Shown piece by piece: positions 20,701 through 31,325 of a stretch of 56,820 nucleotides of DNA (its first letter is position 1; every line of letters begins with the position of its first letter). Source of the DNA: an uncultured virus (IMG/VR IMGVR_UViG_3300025120_000023) (lineage: Duplodnaviria > Heunggongvirae > Uroviricota > Caudoviricetes); IMG/VR virus record IMGVR_UViG_3300025120_000023, one strand, 5' to 3'. The notes under the pieces were generated by a model. That model was not told the DNA's origin, made no database searches, and worked only from the letters and a program-made list of their open reading frames with translations. The translations under genes were made by a program, and so were the position numbers.

Positions 20701-22397
20701 AAATCATCTAAAGCAGCTCCATTTTCAAACTCAAACCCTAAGTTTTGACCTATAAGGTACAATAAATCCTTACTTAAACCAGCTGATAGTTCTTGACTTT
20801 TATTATATTGATTTGTATATTCGTCAATGTAAGGAATTATGTCATCAAAATAATGACCTGCTAGTTTTACAACTTGATTAAAAGTTTCGTTATCCGAATC
20901 CTCCACGATGTGTGCAGGTACATTTCGTAACAAAGAATTTGTATTATTGCCGTCGTATAGGCTTGCTGATGAAATAGCTCCATTATACCACTCAACAGCT
21001 TCCGATGAAGTTACTGGCAAATTTGTGAATGGCTTTGTTGAGTTGGATTTTGGCCATGTTGATGGGTAAAATTCACCATAAGAGCTAGTTTCATAGCTAG
21101 CTGATTCATAATACAAATATCGTTCGTAAGCATCAAAGCCACCAATAACAGAACTTTTACGCTTAGCGTTTATTAGTATGTTTGTTTGTGCTGCGTTGCT
21201 TGCAGATGTTGATGAGTTTGGTAATCCGTTTAAGTCGGTAGTCAGAGCTGCTACTCGAGCATCATAGGATTCAATTAATCTAAGTTTGTATCTAAAATTA
21301 AATAACCGAGACTCGGCATTAGAATAAGTTATGAAATTTTCATATTTGCGAAAATCAACATTCATACTTATATTCTCTACTAGAGAGCTACTTGAAATTC
21401 TATCTTGCAACTGATAGTAAACACTGTTGAGTGATCCAGATTCAGCTCCTACAAGGGCTTCTTTACCTTTATATTCAGTCGAAATCCCAGTCCTAACTCT
21501 AGCTAATATATCAAAATTTGGTGAGGCAATTTCTAAAGTTGTAGGTTTTAGATCAGGTGGTATTAGTGTTATGTCTGTGGTAAAATCTCCACTAACTTCT
21601 TGCGCTAACCACAACTCATCTCCAACTACAATGGATGGAGGAATAGGAGCAGCAAGTTTAAATATTATACTGTACGGAGAGGAGTTTACAGTAAATTTAT
21701 CTTGCACATAGTCAAAAACTGGGAAGAATAAATTGGCTTCTCTAAATAAGTAAAGGTTGCTTAGCAATTCGCTTTTTGGAGTGACAAACAAACCAGTTTC
21801 AAATTGGTTCAAAAAGCTGGTATTATCTAAAGTGGATGATAGTATTGGTCGTACTCTTACCTCTAGTCCGTTTGAACTTATCTCTTGTACAACAATTTTA
21901 TGACCATCTCCAGATCCTAATATGTTTCTGTGAAACTTGTATACTGGTTTATATCTTCCAGCAATGTATCCTAACTCTTGTATATCTTCCTCTACGTTGA
22001 GTAGTACGGATACGTTTGGTGATGGATCATTTGAAAGGCTAGACTGTCTACCCTCCTCCTTAAATCTTTCAATTGTAAAGTCTGGTACGCGGTAATTCGT
22101 TCCAAGATAATTAAGTGTATTTCCGTTTTGGTCTGCATTAAAAAGGTCTAACCTAACTACATCATTTGGATAGTTAGCTAGTGTTTGTGGTTTGGTACCA
22201 AACGCCTGTACTGGACGTGTGTTGTCCTGTTGCGGGATTTCGCGGTCACGTGACGAGGTCACTACCGCTGTAGCTTTTATTGAAGTATCTCCTGATGTTG
22301 GTGGAGGTGTTAAGGGTACTCGCTCTTGTTGCTTTACAGCTTGTGAAGGTGAAGCACCTCTAACAATTTGACTAATATTTTTAGATCCGTATGCCAC
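17736..22397 (-). CDS. Large baseplate wedge-like structural protein with LamG-like domain
   Basis: 1553 aa, GTG start; RTKGTERCLRALITCFG...IKEY resembles P2 gpI/baseplate wedge segments; WHHVAL and SGSVQEFRMW are LamG-like. Confidence 0.65.
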   Translation of the reverse strand: MAYGSKNISQIVRGASPSQAVKQQERVPLTPPPTSGDTSIKATAVVTSSRDREIPQQDNTRPVQAFGTKPQTLANYPNDVVRLDLFNADQNGNTLNYLGTNYRVPDFTIERFKEEGRQSSLSNDPSPNVSVLLNVEEDIQELGYIAGRYKPVYKFHRNILGSGDGHKIVVQEISSNGLEVRVRPILSSTLDNTSFLNQFETGLFVTPKSELLSNLYLFREANLFFPVFDYVQDKFTVNSSPYSIIFKLAAPIPPSIVVGDELWLAQEVSGDFTTDITLIPPDLKPTTLEIASPNFDILARVRTGISTEYKGKEALVGAESGSLNSVYYQLQDRISSSSLVENISMNVDFRKYENFITYSNAESRLFNFRYKLRLIESYDARVAALTTDLNGLPNSSTSASNAAQTNILINAKRKSSVIGGFDAYERYLYYESASYETSSYGEFYPSTWPKSNSTKPFTNLPVTSSEAVEWYNGAISSASLYDGNNTNSLLRNVPAHIVEDSDNETFNQVVKLAGHYFDDIIPYIDEYTNQYNKSQELSAGLSKDLLYLIGQNLGFEFENGAALDDLWNYTLGTDATGSVSTLYQTSTEDTMKETWKRLINNLPFLVRTKGTERCLRALITCFGIPETILRIKEYGGHEGGFDKKSDLVYDRFYYAFVAGYNRQTSGLPAQQIEVPWQPLSGSSKFAQTIEMRVRMADNQTKNQTIMEVPGKWKIEAFQSASKKHIGIFLSGSGAANQWATASVSSSIYDTNTEDPYTDQDTRWHHVALRRENQTELSGSDQTYTLIVKTSRYNKITSTTTASLFIDGNTSESYNGSFLTTGSLWIPGSGSFELADSHSMNILSGSVQEFRMWSSELQDAILDNHTLTPTSFQGNTDGVFTGSTSSFDSLLYRLTLGTDNKTTLDDYYPTTSSFNSQHPNQNLVQPSASFYNVTSSAYFRVIEQNSLEWPDLGANRSVSTKIRIDNTTLAGNQLFKDNKVEKPLTDNNPPDNSKLGVFLSPTNEVNQDIAEQFGGISIDDFIGNPAQLGLDDYTDLQSLARVYSKKYKGTNKPNEYIRLLQHYNAALFKLIKQFVPYRANTQTGLLIEPTILERSKLPTPPPVAEDLLLTASLDLSPEKVFPIKGEVEDPTNQPLTHYVAAATIGGDLSDYLEIEGTAQDLLPKQNTASIDLNILKPTGIYGVVAETTPPIDMTGEPTGTFFEMVDGTAVDLGTNGAGHNSRYEGSKYIYMTYNSSGSNPRVLRSVTASRYDAWEAINPTILTSRFSERSSPDEAKYQKDIWSYKALEQLYPVAYSGIVTASINTLLTSSADVDKNVWITNFGLRLSSSYDNITQYASPFNTTTYWQLSGSRSGVDPNNGPYNGLNFRNTTSGRFTGSVLLNSFFSERQDASTKDYRYRVSGNFRTSATGGGNDNAVVTFQFGKEGSQYTKAVSISDLNFAVTSGTGSFNFITQADGPNLVITIETRKIGAGFVVVKDLHVQPLNYFESVQDYHLWNAKGMVNARYEGCKLTSTDYNVDSPDTVDGGPVITITEGGGKQLAVKPGKQAGTFDIR

Positions 22398-22411
22398 TTA
22401 GTTGTCTTTTA

Positions 22412-22420
22412 TATAAATAG
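22412..22420 (-). promoter_or_regulatory. Late-type promoter box CTATTTATA
   Basis: Intergenic; core 15 nt upstream of the GTG at 22397. Confidence 0.6.
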
Positions 22421-22434
22421 GTGTGTTAAATAAT

Positions 22435-24903
22435 TTACGGATCTTCTATGTCCACATCTCCCTTATCAAAATCAATACCTTCTTGATTAATCTGAGCTTC
22501 TCCGAGATCTGCTTCTTCTTTTGGAGAGAATCGTGAAGGTGGGTTTGTATATTCGCCCAAGTTTCCTGCGTCTATTGCATCTGTGTAATCTTGTTTTCCG
22601 CTCTCAACCGTATCTAGTGTTGGTTGTGGCGATGCAGGAAGGGGTTGTGGTTGTATGAGTTTGTATTTGAATTCTGATTTGCCTGCTGTATTCCATAAAG
22701 GTTGCTGTATTAGATTTTTTGCTATTCCAGCTACAGTAACATTATTTGGTGGTATTGTGAATGTTGAGTGTTTTTCGGATGCTATGTCTCTATTTGGTAC
22801 TAGCTGTAGTTTCATTTTTGTGATAGCACACCTTGGCTCACCATATGCAAAGTATGGTTGAGGTACATTTTGTGCAGTACCCTCTACACTAAATAAATTG
22901 TTGTATATGTCTGTTCGGTTCCAGTTTTTAGAAGTGGCAGAATTGTCATTTCTAGACGGTGTATCGTTTTTAAACTTTACTGTTATAGATATTTGTCGGG
23001 TTCCTAATGGAATATCAATATCTCTTCCAACAGCAAAAAACGCTTCAGCTCCAGCACCTTGATCAACTGCAAGTCCTTTACGCTTATCATCTACTATATC
23101 AATATACCAAGGTTGTACGGATGCATCATTTGAATCAGTTTCTTTGATCCACGTACTTTTGGGATATGCTTTGTTCCATTGTGAATAAAATGATCCATAT
23201 CTCTTTGCTAAAAATCTAATATTAATGTCATCAATGTTGGGAGATATTACTCCAGTAAACTGTCCAGCTGTACCACCTCCTGGACCAGTGGAGTTGCTTA
23301 TTACGGCATCATTAAACATTCCTAAACCACTCTCAGCTTCCTCTGACAAAAGTTTAAATAACGCTCTTGTGTTTGTGTACTTTTGACCATAGATTAGTAT
23401 ATCATGACCCGAATCGTTATCGTCATCATCATCAAAAAAAGCATATATTGGAAATAACATTAACCCAATATCTACCTTCTCTTTTACTGCCCACAAATCA
23501 ATAGCTTCAGGTCCTTTTAGGATTTCTTCGCTACTCTCTGCTAATTCTTGATCAAAATACTTAATACTAATTTCTGTTGTGTCGTCTGTACATGGTATTA
23601 TTTCAATAGGTGTTAATGGATCACAAGTAATAGGAGATACTCCTCCTCCAGCTAAAAAGCTTTTATAGCTTTCGTAATCATAAACAAGCCATGGATACTC
23701 TACAACATCTCCGTCTCGTATTACTCTAATTTTGTATCTACTTAACGCAATTCCAACATATGAAAAGAATTGTGCTGTCATGTAGTCAACACCCCCCACC
23801 TGCCCATCGATCAAACTAGCCGCTTCACTAATGTCAATTGTTTGTGTAAACTCATGCTCTTCATCTTCATTAAACTCAATTAAATCTCTTGTAAAATAGC
23901 TTGTTGGTCTAACTCCCTTCTTTAACTCCTCTTCTAATGGAAAAAAGCCTTTTTGAGTGTTTCCATTTCTGTTGTAGCGATCAATAAAAGCTGGCGCAGG
24001 GAAAAATCCTTGAGGTGTGTTTTCATTGTTGATATCTTCATTTGGAATAATGCTTACACGTCGGCTAATACTAGTGTAGTGGTACCAATTAGCTAACTTA
24101 GCTTTCATTGCGTCAGATGTTGGTATATCTAAATTGAGCAAATCTGGCTCTGAATTAACCCATGTATTATACATTGGATAAAATAACTGCCATTTGTTAG
24201 TTTGAGTGCTAAATCTAAAAGGTAGTGGTGGCGTGTATTCTGGATCGTTAATTGGAATGACTGGATAATCAGACAAGTATCTTGTCATTGTGTTAGGATT
24301 ATATCTTTTTGAGGTATTGCTAACAACTGATAAAATTTTGCCACTTGCACTTGTCCAATGTTCTAACCCCAATTCTCCATCACCATTTTTAACTAGATTG
24401 GTATACAAAAATCCACTACTATCTAAATCCAGTACATTTAATGTAAAAGGTACAGTTTGAGATGTGCCAAACTCGTTTGATATCTCACACACATATTCAC
24501 CTTCAATTTCGCCGGTGCATTGATCTTCTGAGAATTCTATAGTAGTTGTGCCAAGTCCATCGTTTTGATTATTGATTGTGAATAAGGAGTTTCCATCTCT
24601 TTTCCATACAAATTGCAAACTTGAAATATCATTTATATTGTTAACATTAGATGGATCAACACAAAAGAATTCAAACCTAACTCGTGTACCCTTTCTCACA
24701 GTAAACACATCAAATATAGGATTAACCTCTTTAAATGCTAGACCACCATCTGGCAATACGGATGCCCATGTTAATTGAGAAAAGTTACGTATTGGGTGTG
24801 AGGTGATTACCGGTGGTTGTGGATTATCCGGTAATAAAGCAAAATCTCCTACACGTAATGCGTCGTCTGGCTTAGCTGTTTTTATATTTACTCTTTGCTT
24901 CAT
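22435..24903 (-). CDS. Virion protein with Ig-like domain and carbohydrate-binding (FBA-like) domain
   Basis: Ig motifs FVWKRDG...GEYVCEISNEFG, then YTNLVKNGDGELGLEHW and FTQTIDI; paralogue of 24912-28244. Confidence 0.6.
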   Translation of the reverse strand: MKQRVNIKTAKPDDALRVGDFALLPDNPQPPVITSHPIRNFSQLTWASVLPDGGLAFKEVNPIFDVFTVRKGTRVRFEFFCVDPSNVNNINDISSLQFVWKRDGNSLFTINNQNDGLGTTTIEFSEDQCTGEIEGEYVCEISNEFGTSQTVPFTLNVLDLDSSGFLYTNLVKNGDGELGLEHWTSASGKILSVVSNTSKRYNPNTMTRYLSDYPVIPINDPEYTPPLPFRFSTQTNKWQLFYPMYNTWVNSEPDLLNLDIPTSDAMKAKLANWYHYTSISRRVSIIPNEDINNENTPQGFFPAPAFIDRYNRNGNTQKGFFPLEEELKKGVRPTSYFTRDLIEFNEDEEHEFTQTIDISEAASLIDGQVGGVDYMTAQFFSYVGIALSRYKIRVIRDGDVVEYPWLVYDYESYKSFLAGGGVSPITCDPLTPIEIIPCTDDTTEISIKYFDQELAESSEEILKGPEAIDLWAVKEKVDIGLMLFPIYAFFDDDDDNDSGHDILIYGQKYTNTRALFKLLSEEAESGLGMFNDAVISNSTGPGGGTAGQFTGVISPNIDDINIRFLAKRYGSFYSQWNKAYPKSTWIKETDSNDASVQPWYIDIVDDKRKGLAVDQGAGAEAFFAVGRDIDIPLGTRQISITVKFKNDTPSRNDNSATSKNWNRTDIYNNLFSVEGTAQNVPQPYFAYGEPRCAITKMKLQLVPNRDIASEKHSTFTIPPNNVTVAGIAKNLIQQPLWNTAGKSEFKYKLIQPQPLPASPQPTLDTVESGKQDYTDAIDAGNLGEYTNPPSRFSPKEEADLGEAQINQEGIDFDKGDVDIEDP

Positions 24904-24911
24904 ATGTTGTT

Positions 24912-27900
24912 TTAAGGCTCTCCTATTGACGGAGTATATCCGCTGTAATTTAAGAGTGGATCTTCCTCGCTTCCTTCTTGATAATCAACTCGGTCTATTT
25001 TAATGTTTTTTACTAGGTAGTTTATGTTTCGAGATGCATCACTACCTGCCAAAGGTGTTCCTACAAATGTATCAGTAAGCAGTACATCACTTCCGTTATC
25101 AGCTTCTGTAAATCCTTCTATCTTATTAGCTAGTGTTGCAGGCCGTACTCCGTATAAGCATACAAAATAATTTGAAGCAGGACCCATTGAGCCACTTCCA
25201 TCTATATCCTCCATAGGTATGCCTAAACCTCCTTGAAGTCTTGAACGAGTTAAAAACTCATCAGGTAATCTTATTGTAGCTGTTTTTATATTTGATCCCG
25301 CTGTTTTACCTATATCTATTACAACGGGCTTCATGTTAATAGACGCACTACCAAACGACTTATATACTTTTGTACCACCATCAGTCGTATTGTTTTCTGG
25401 AGTTAATCCTTGCACTGCAAATGCGGTGTTGGCGTTTGGATTAGCAAGATTAGTAATATCGTTTTCTGATGGATACTCAAACTTATCAAAACTTGGCAAA
25501 TACTCAACACCTCCTAGGTTTGGTGTTTTGTGTATAATAGCTTGATCTGGTTTGCAGTCTAAATAATAATTATCTACAGCAAATAAACTTCCGGTATTAT
25601 CTACACTCTCACTGACATAATGCACACCTAATGTTATAATGAATCTACTCTCCTGCATCCAAGTAGTTTCTTTTTCATCCATCTTAGGCTTAAAGAAACC
25701 TTGACCCGGTGAAAAAGGCCCGTTATTCCAGTTTTGTATATATTGTCCGTAGTTGAGATCTGAACCCGGGACAGCCCAGTATGTGTATTTTTCTAAAGCA
25801 CCGGTTGTTACAGATCCTGTTTCGTATATGTTTATCTTATCCTCATCTTTAAGAGTGTACCAGTATATTGGAAACCTTGGAGCTATTGTTGGATTTGGAT
25901 CAAATAGTCTATTTGTTACTCCTTTGTCTAGAGTTTGAGTGTGTAGCTGCGTATATCTAGTTTGGAGTGGATCGTCTATAGGTTGTATGTATATTGGGGA
26001 CAATAAACCGTTTGTTTTTGTCATGTTATTAAACAATCCTCCAGGAGGGTTGGTGTTTAGATTATCACCTCCTTGTATTGTGGGAGCGGACGGTAGTGTT
26101 GTTGTTGAGCTTGGTAGGAATGGAAATAATCCTGCTATATACTGTTCTACCTCTTTATTAGATGGTTTACTTGGATCATAACTCTCAACTTTTACATTAA
26201 TAATACTAGTGAATTTGTCTAAACCAAAACTCACATCAATATGTTTATATTTTGTTTGTTCAGTGGCAGTAGTGTCTTCTATTGGACCAGGTACAAGTGC
26301 TTTTACTGTTTGGTTTTGTGTATATATGTTATCTACAGTTGCTCTTATTTCTGCCTCTTTTCCTGTTTCATTGGGGATTAAACATAAGTTGAATCCCGTC
26401 GCAAACGCTTTTGATGATGGTGATTTTGGTAATCGTTGTTCTACCGAATTAGGCCAAGATGCGCTTGTTCTGTATTCGTTTTTTATGACATCAATAATTC
26501 TACGCTCCGAGGATGGTTGATTTGTCTTATTGGATGGACTGTTTTGAGCAAATGTGCCCTGCCAACCAGGTTGAGCAAACACGCCACTTCGTAAAGATGT
26601 GACTGGTAATCCTATTTTCGTTTCTTGCATTACAAATCCAAGATCACCCATTACTTCAATAGTAAAATTAATACGAATTTTGTTAGTTTTAGGATTCAAG
26701 AACGGAAGTTCTATTTTGTGAAATTCGGCATACTGACCATAGGTATAGCGATCTGCTGGGTTTGGATTCAATTCATCTATAACATACAGATGTTGATCCC
26801 GGCTATCACCGTCTATTGAAGCAGGTCTTCCATCTTCTTCAGGATCAGCAAAGTATCTTTGATTGTAATATTTTGGAATACGACTATTCCATGGATCAAC
26901 TATACGATCTAATGTTTTTCGTGGATTACCAGTTGGATCTAAACTAAGTAATCTTTCTTCACGATCATATTCTTCAATTTCAACATAAATTCTTTCTTGC
27001 ACAAAACCCGGACCCATCCTTCTAAAGTTGAAATAACCCATTCTTGGATTATTAATGTCGTAGTTTTCGATGTCTGTTGCTGCGTCAGGAGTAATGTTTG
27101 GCCATGCTGGGATAAAGTTGTGTACAGCCATTCCTAGGTAAAAGGAAATTATTGCTCGAACGCCACCTACTCCATAAATAGATCCATTTATTTGATTTCG
27201 TATGTCTATTAGATCGATATCTTGATACACTTCTAAAGTGGTTGATCCACCGTTAAGAATATATTCATGATTTTCTTTAGCAAAGTAAGAATCAATTCGT
27301 TTTAGAGGATTGTTTTGTAAGACACCTCCTTCAAGTTGATATGGCTTAGGGTGTAGCATCTCTTTAGTCCAACGAAAATCTGGATTCATAGAATCTACAG
27401 CTATTCTCTTGTCGCGAAATCCATTACTTTTTTGTATTAATTTTCGTGAAATAACATCACCACCTACAGTATTCCAATTATCTGCTGAAAGCTCACCTCC
27501 TACTCTACCATTAGGATTTTGTATAAGGTTGGTATAAAAAAAACTATCAAGGTCTGAGTTGAATACCTCTAGGTTAATAGAACCACCATCTGTTGCACCT
27601 ATGTCATTAGAGACTATGCATCCATAAGTGCCAGCAAATTGTGGACAAATATTTTTAATTGTAAGCGTGTTGCCATTTACTATCCTTGATGATCGCAAGT
27701 CTGGTACTGCATCATTGGCAACAATATTATCACCGTCTAAATTCCATCTATAAGTGAGTTCTGTTTTAGGTGGAATTATCTTTAACACTCCGTTTTCAAC
27801 ATTAAATACATCAGGTTGTTCAGCTTCAATTCTCAACACAATTGTAGTTCCAGCATGAACTTTAACAGTTCCGTCAGGAAACTGGTACATGTGATTTCCT

Positions 27901-28244
27901 TTTAGTGAAGTTTTTGCAGCTGCATAAGGTTTTACAGATGGAGTTGATGCGTTTGTAATTGGGTTTGTTATAATGGGAGGTTTATTTACTAGCACGGGTA
28001 GCAAATCATACACTGTGTTGTTTTCGTTTAAATCCGTGTTTGGTGAAGTAGTTTCGAGAGGATCCGAATTCACTGTTCGTCTGTTTGTAAATAACACAAT
28101 CACCTCAGAAGTGTCAGAGTGTCCAGTTCCGGTCATAAGAGCTCCAGATGGCATCTTATGAAAAGCGCCAATGTAAGGTTGGCCAGTTAGTGTAACGTAC
28201 TCGCCTTCCTTTGCATAGAATATGTTTTGTTGATTGTATTCCAT
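24912..28244 (-). CDS. Virion protein with Ig-like domain and carbohydrate-binding (FBA-like) domain
   Basis: YRWNLDG...TLTIKN...GTYGCIVSNDIG, then FYTNLIQNPNG and VYQDIDL. Confidence 0.6.
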   Translation of the reverse strand: MEYNQQNIFYAKEGEYVTLTGQPYIGAFHKMPSGALMTGTGHSDTSEVIVLFTNRRTVNSDPLETTSPNTDLNENNTVYDLLPVLVNKPPIITNPITNASTPSVKPYAAAKTSLKGNHMYQFPDGTVKVHAGTTIVLRIEAEQPDVFNVENGVLKIIPPKTELTYRWNLDGDNIVANDAVPDLRSSRIVNGNTLTIKNICPQFAGTYGCIVSNDIGATDGGSINLEVFNSDLDSFFYTNLIQNPNGRVGGELSADNWNTVGGDVISRKLIQKSNGFRDKRIAVDSMNPDFRWTKEMLHPKPYQLEGGVLQNNPLKRIDSYFAKENHEYILNGGSTTLEVYQDIDLIDIRNQINGSIYGVGGVRAIISFYLGMAVHNFIPAWPNITPDAATDIENYDINNPRMGYFNFRRMGPGFVQERIYVEIEEYDREERLLSLDPTGNPRKTLDRIVDPWNSRIPKYYNQRYFADPEEDGRPASIDGDSRDQHLYVIDELNPNPADRYTYGQYAEFHKIELPFLNPKTNKIRINFTIEVMGDLGFVMQETKIGLPVTSLRSGVFAQPGWQGTFAQNSPSNKTNQPSSERRIIDVIKNEYRTSASWPNSVEQRLPKSPSSKAFATGFNLCLIPNETGKEAEIRATVDNIYTQNQTVKALVPGPIEDTTATEQTKYKHIDVSFGLDKFTSIINVKVESYDPSKPSNKEVEQYIAGLFPFLPSSTTTLPSAPTIQGGDNLNTNPPGGLFNNMTKTNGLLSPIYIQPIDDPLQTRYTQLHTQTLDKGVTNRLFDPNPTIAPRFPIYWYTLKDEDKINIYETGSVTTGALEKYTYWAVPGSDLNYGQYIQNWNNGPFSPGQGFFKPKMDEKETTWMQESRFIITLGVHYVSESVDNTGSLFAVDNYYLDCKPDQAIIHKTPNLGGVEYLPSFDKFEYPSENDITNLANPNANTAFAVQGLTPENNTTDGGTKVYKSFGSASINMKPVVIDIGKTAGSNIKTATIRLPDEFLTRSRLQGGLGIPMEDIDGSGSMGPASNYFVCLYGVRPATLANKIEGFTEADNGSDVLLTDTFVGTPLAGSDASRNINYLVKNIKIDRVDYQEGSEEDPLLNYSGYTPSIGEP

Positions 28245-28253
28245 GCTTTGGTT

Positions 28254-29375
28254 TTACTGTCTTTCTATTTTGAATATAAAATTATGATCCCGTACTTCGT
28301 AGCTTACATTATCGTCTTCTGGCACTTTAATCATTATTCGATAATATCTTTCAGGTTGAAAACTGTCAAGATGCAATCTAAAAAAGCTTCCTCTACTATC
28401 AGATGCCATATAGGTGTATTCAGAAAATGGGATTACTGCATCATCGGAATTTGCATAATACACAGCATATTGCGATCCAGTTGGAAGTCTGTAAGAGTCT
28501 AAGAATAGTGAGGATGTCTGAAATAATAAAGCTGGATACCTGTATCGCGGAGCGAAGTTAAATTTTGGTCTAGCTGTTTCTTTATAAACTTCTCTTAAAT
28601 TTGTACATACTAAATTATAATCTTCTTCTGTATCTAATACTGTGAGCGATCCGGTGTTGGTTTGATAATTTGATTCGTCAAACCGTGCTTCAAGTACCGG
28701 TGCATATATTGTATGCGTCTCCTTACTGTAGAAGCTTAGGTTTCCAAACTTAGTTAGAGATTTTTCGTCAGTATCTGTCTTTTTTATTATAATTCCATTG
28801 AAATCTACAGCTCCACTTTGCACTTCACGAATAATGCTTGTAATGTCCATATCAACGTCAGTCGTTGTGTAACTAAACGATTGTGATGCTTGACTCGATG
28901 TGTACCATGTACCACCTCCTGGATTCACAGACCAAGAGCCAGTTGATAATTCTGCAAATGATTCAGTCAGCCACGCAGTGGTTGGTGTTGTTTTCCCTTG
29001 TCTATAATACCAACTACAACCCTCTGTCGTTGCAGGAGTTGTTCCTTTTTTGCCAATTCCCATATTCCATGATTGTGATATAGGAAAAGCTTCTAGGGAG
29101 TAGTCTAAAGGAATTTCAGATGCTTCTGTAGCGTATAGTTTTACACCAAAATCAAAAGTATTTGGATCATATCCCAAATCTACAATACTCTTTGAAACTG
29201 CAGTATAATCAAAATCCAACAATATTCTCGAGTTAAAACTTGATGTAGCTGCTGCTCCAGTTGATCCGGTAGCTGCTGCTTTGGATATATCTAATACACT
29301 ATCTAACCCAGCGTTTGTTTCTGGTGAGTTTTCGTATATTGTTGTGTCTTTTTTTGGATAGAATCTTAGTATCAT
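28254..29375 (-). CDS. Virion structural protein with DNRLRE-like domain
   Basis: KDTTIYE...NAG...SRILLDFD...FYSKE...PVLE pattern; baseplate context. Confidence 0.55.
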   Translation of the reverse strand: MILRFYPKKDTTIYENSPETNAGLDSVLDISKAAATGSTGAAATSSFNSRILLDFDYTAVSKSIVDLGYDPNTFDFGVKLYATEASEIPLDYSLEAFPISQSWNMGIGKKGTTPATTEGCSWYYRQGKTTPTTAWLTESFAELSTGSWSVNPGGGTWYTSSQASQSFSYTTTDVDMDITSIIREVQSGAVDFNGIIIKKTDTDEKSLTKFGNLSFYSKETHTIYAPVLEARFDESNYQTNTGSLTVLDTEEDYNLVCTNLREVYKETARPKFNFAPRYRYPALLFQTSSLFLDSYRLPTGSQYAVYYANSDDAVIPFSEYTYMASDSRGSFFRLHLDSFQPERYYRIMIKVPEDDNVSYEVRDHNFIFKIERQ

Positions 29376-29376
29376 A

Positions 29377-31323
29377 TTAATAATTTACTACTCGTCCTTT
29401 AATATTGTTAGATGGAAATTTTACTTCAAATATCATTGGGTCAAGGCTTGGGTATATAATTCCATTTCTAGTTGAATCTTGTATGTTGTAAGCAATATTG
29501 CTATATCCTAAACTTGAATCATTAAGGTTATTGATTATAACATTTGTTACTGTCTGTACACCAGGTACTTGCAGAAGTGTGTTGTAAATATCTGTATATT
29601 GTATCGGCTGGTTTATTTGCCATTTATCAATATTAAAAAAGTCTTGTACTTTATTAATACAATTAAGCAGTACTTCGTTTGCATTACGATCTCTCAAGGG
29701 TATAATGTCAAAGTTTACTTGTATATTTACAACAAAAGCGTCACGTAAGTTAATGCTGTCAGTCAACATTCGGTATTGGGAAAGATATGTTTTAAGATTC
29801 TCTTTGATAGCATTGTTTGTTGTCATTAAGCTTTTATTGCTATTATAACCTAACACATACATATTCATTGCAAGAGGGTTTGACACCGTATCACCTACAT
29901 CACTTGTTAGTAGGTTATTTTGTTCGTCTGGGGTGATGAAAACTTTGCTAACGCTTCCAAATTTTGGAGGCATAGTCATCGCTCTTATTAAATAATCGTC
30001 TCGCGTTACTGCTCTATTTTGTGTTGAAAGCTGCTTAATGGCGTTTTGTCGAACCTCTTCTAAAGTCTCTTGCGATCTTCCTCCAACAGCTGGGGTTGGA
30101 TTGTTGCATGCAATTGAGTTTAACACTGTTGTGTTTAACATTCCAGTGGTTATAGGAAAACTATCAGTATTTGTATCTACAGCTGTCAGGTTTGTTATCT
30201 GATCACTAGCTATATTTGATTTTATACCTCCTCCAGTCAAATAAGTTACAGTAAGGGTTGTGTTAGATGGTGCAATACCATAAGCTTTTGTAATTCCAGG
30301 TGAGTTGGGATCAATAGCTTGGTCTATATCTATTTTTCCAGTTGGTAAATTCAATCCTATGTTTTCTGGAGTTGGTAGCAATTCTTCATCTGCTGAGTTA
30401 CTTATCCCACTACCAAACTGTATCTCAATACCGTCGTCTAGTATTCGTGTAACAAATCGTCGTGGTACTTTTTTTAGCTTTAGAAGATAAGGAATCTCAT
30501 CGCTATATACAGCTGCATCTGGATCGTTTAATGCTGTATTGGTTACAGCTTCAAATATTGTGTCTTGAGCTAAGTATGGAACTTCTGTCCATGTGTTTCC
30601 GTCTGAATCTATGATCGAATCTATTCCAATAAAGTTAGGATTGTTTATATCGTTAAAAGGTATTTTGAATTTATAAAACTTTTTAACTGAACCTACCTCT
30701 TCTTCATATACTTGAGGAGTTGCGGACACAGCTTTAACAGTTTTTTTAGCTAAAAAGTATTCGTAATTTCCAGTTCCATCTATGCTATAAACTTGAAATT
30801 CAATTGGATCGTCTGCTGTATTGATTGAAAAATCAACCGCTTCTTGAACATAAAAATCTACTACATTAGATTGGTCTGTACTATTAGCATTGTAAGAGTT
30901 CTCGATGAGTTGAGATAGCACAGCTTGAGCTTGCATGCCAGGCTGTATCTTTAAAGCATATCTTGTGTCTGGGACTGCGTTGTCTCCAGTTCCTGTAGAA
31001 GGCATTAGTTGAAACACGTCTAAATCTACAGTAGCAGGAACACTGATTAACGGCTTATATCCCATAGCAGCTGCGATTGCTAGTACGTTTCTTCTTTCAG
31101 TTGCTTGAAGGAGTTGGGATTCTTTAAATTGAGAATCTATATAATAATTTAATGTATCTCCAACATAGGCTATCAACTCAAGAAACATCATACCAGGCGA
31201 TGCTTCGTTAAAATCATTAGCTGTGTTAGGGTAGTAGTTTTTGACAAACTCTACCAATCCTTCTTTGATCGTATCAAAGTCTCTTCCTAAATATTGTATA
31301 TTTTTTGATGGCTCTGTTGGCAT
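29377..31323 (-). CDS. Baseplate wedge subunit (T4 gp6/baseplate J-like)
   Basis: RDFDTIK...DFNEASPGMMFLELIAYVGDTLNYY and GGRSQETLEEVR...QNRAVTRDDY motifs. Confidence 0.88.
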   Translation of the reverse strand: MPTEPSKNIQYLGRDFDTIKEGLVEFVKNYYPNTANDFNEASPGMMFLELIAYVGDTLNYYIDSQFKESQLLQATERRNVLAIAAAMGYKPLISVPATVDLDVFQLMPSTGTGDNAVPDTRYALKIQPGMQAQAVLSQLIENSYNANSTDQSNVVDFYVQEAVDFSINTADDPIEFQVYSIDGTGNYEYFLAKKTVKAVSATPQVYEEEVGSVKKFYKFKIPFNDINNPNFIGIDSIIDSDGNTWTEVPYLAQDTIFEAVTNTALNDPDAAVYSDEIPYLLKLKKVPRRFVTRILDDGIEIQFGSGISNSADEELLPTPENIGLNLPTGKIDIDQAIDPNSPGITKAYGIAPSNTTLTVTYLTGGGIKSNIASDQITNLTAVDTNTDSFPITTGMLNTTVLNSIACNNPTPAVGGRSQETLEEVRQNAIKQLSTQNRAVTRDDYLIRAMTMPPKFGSVSKVFITPDEQNNLLTSDVGDTVSNPLAMNMYVLGYNSNKSLMTTNNAIKENLKTYLSQYRMLTDSINLRDAFVVNIQVNFDIIPLRDRNANEVLLNCINKVQDFFNIDKWQINQPIQYTDIYNTLLQVPGVQTVTNVIINNLNDSSLGYSNIAYNIQDSTRNGIIYPSLDPMIFEVKFPSNNIKGRVVNY

Positions 31324-31325
31324 GC

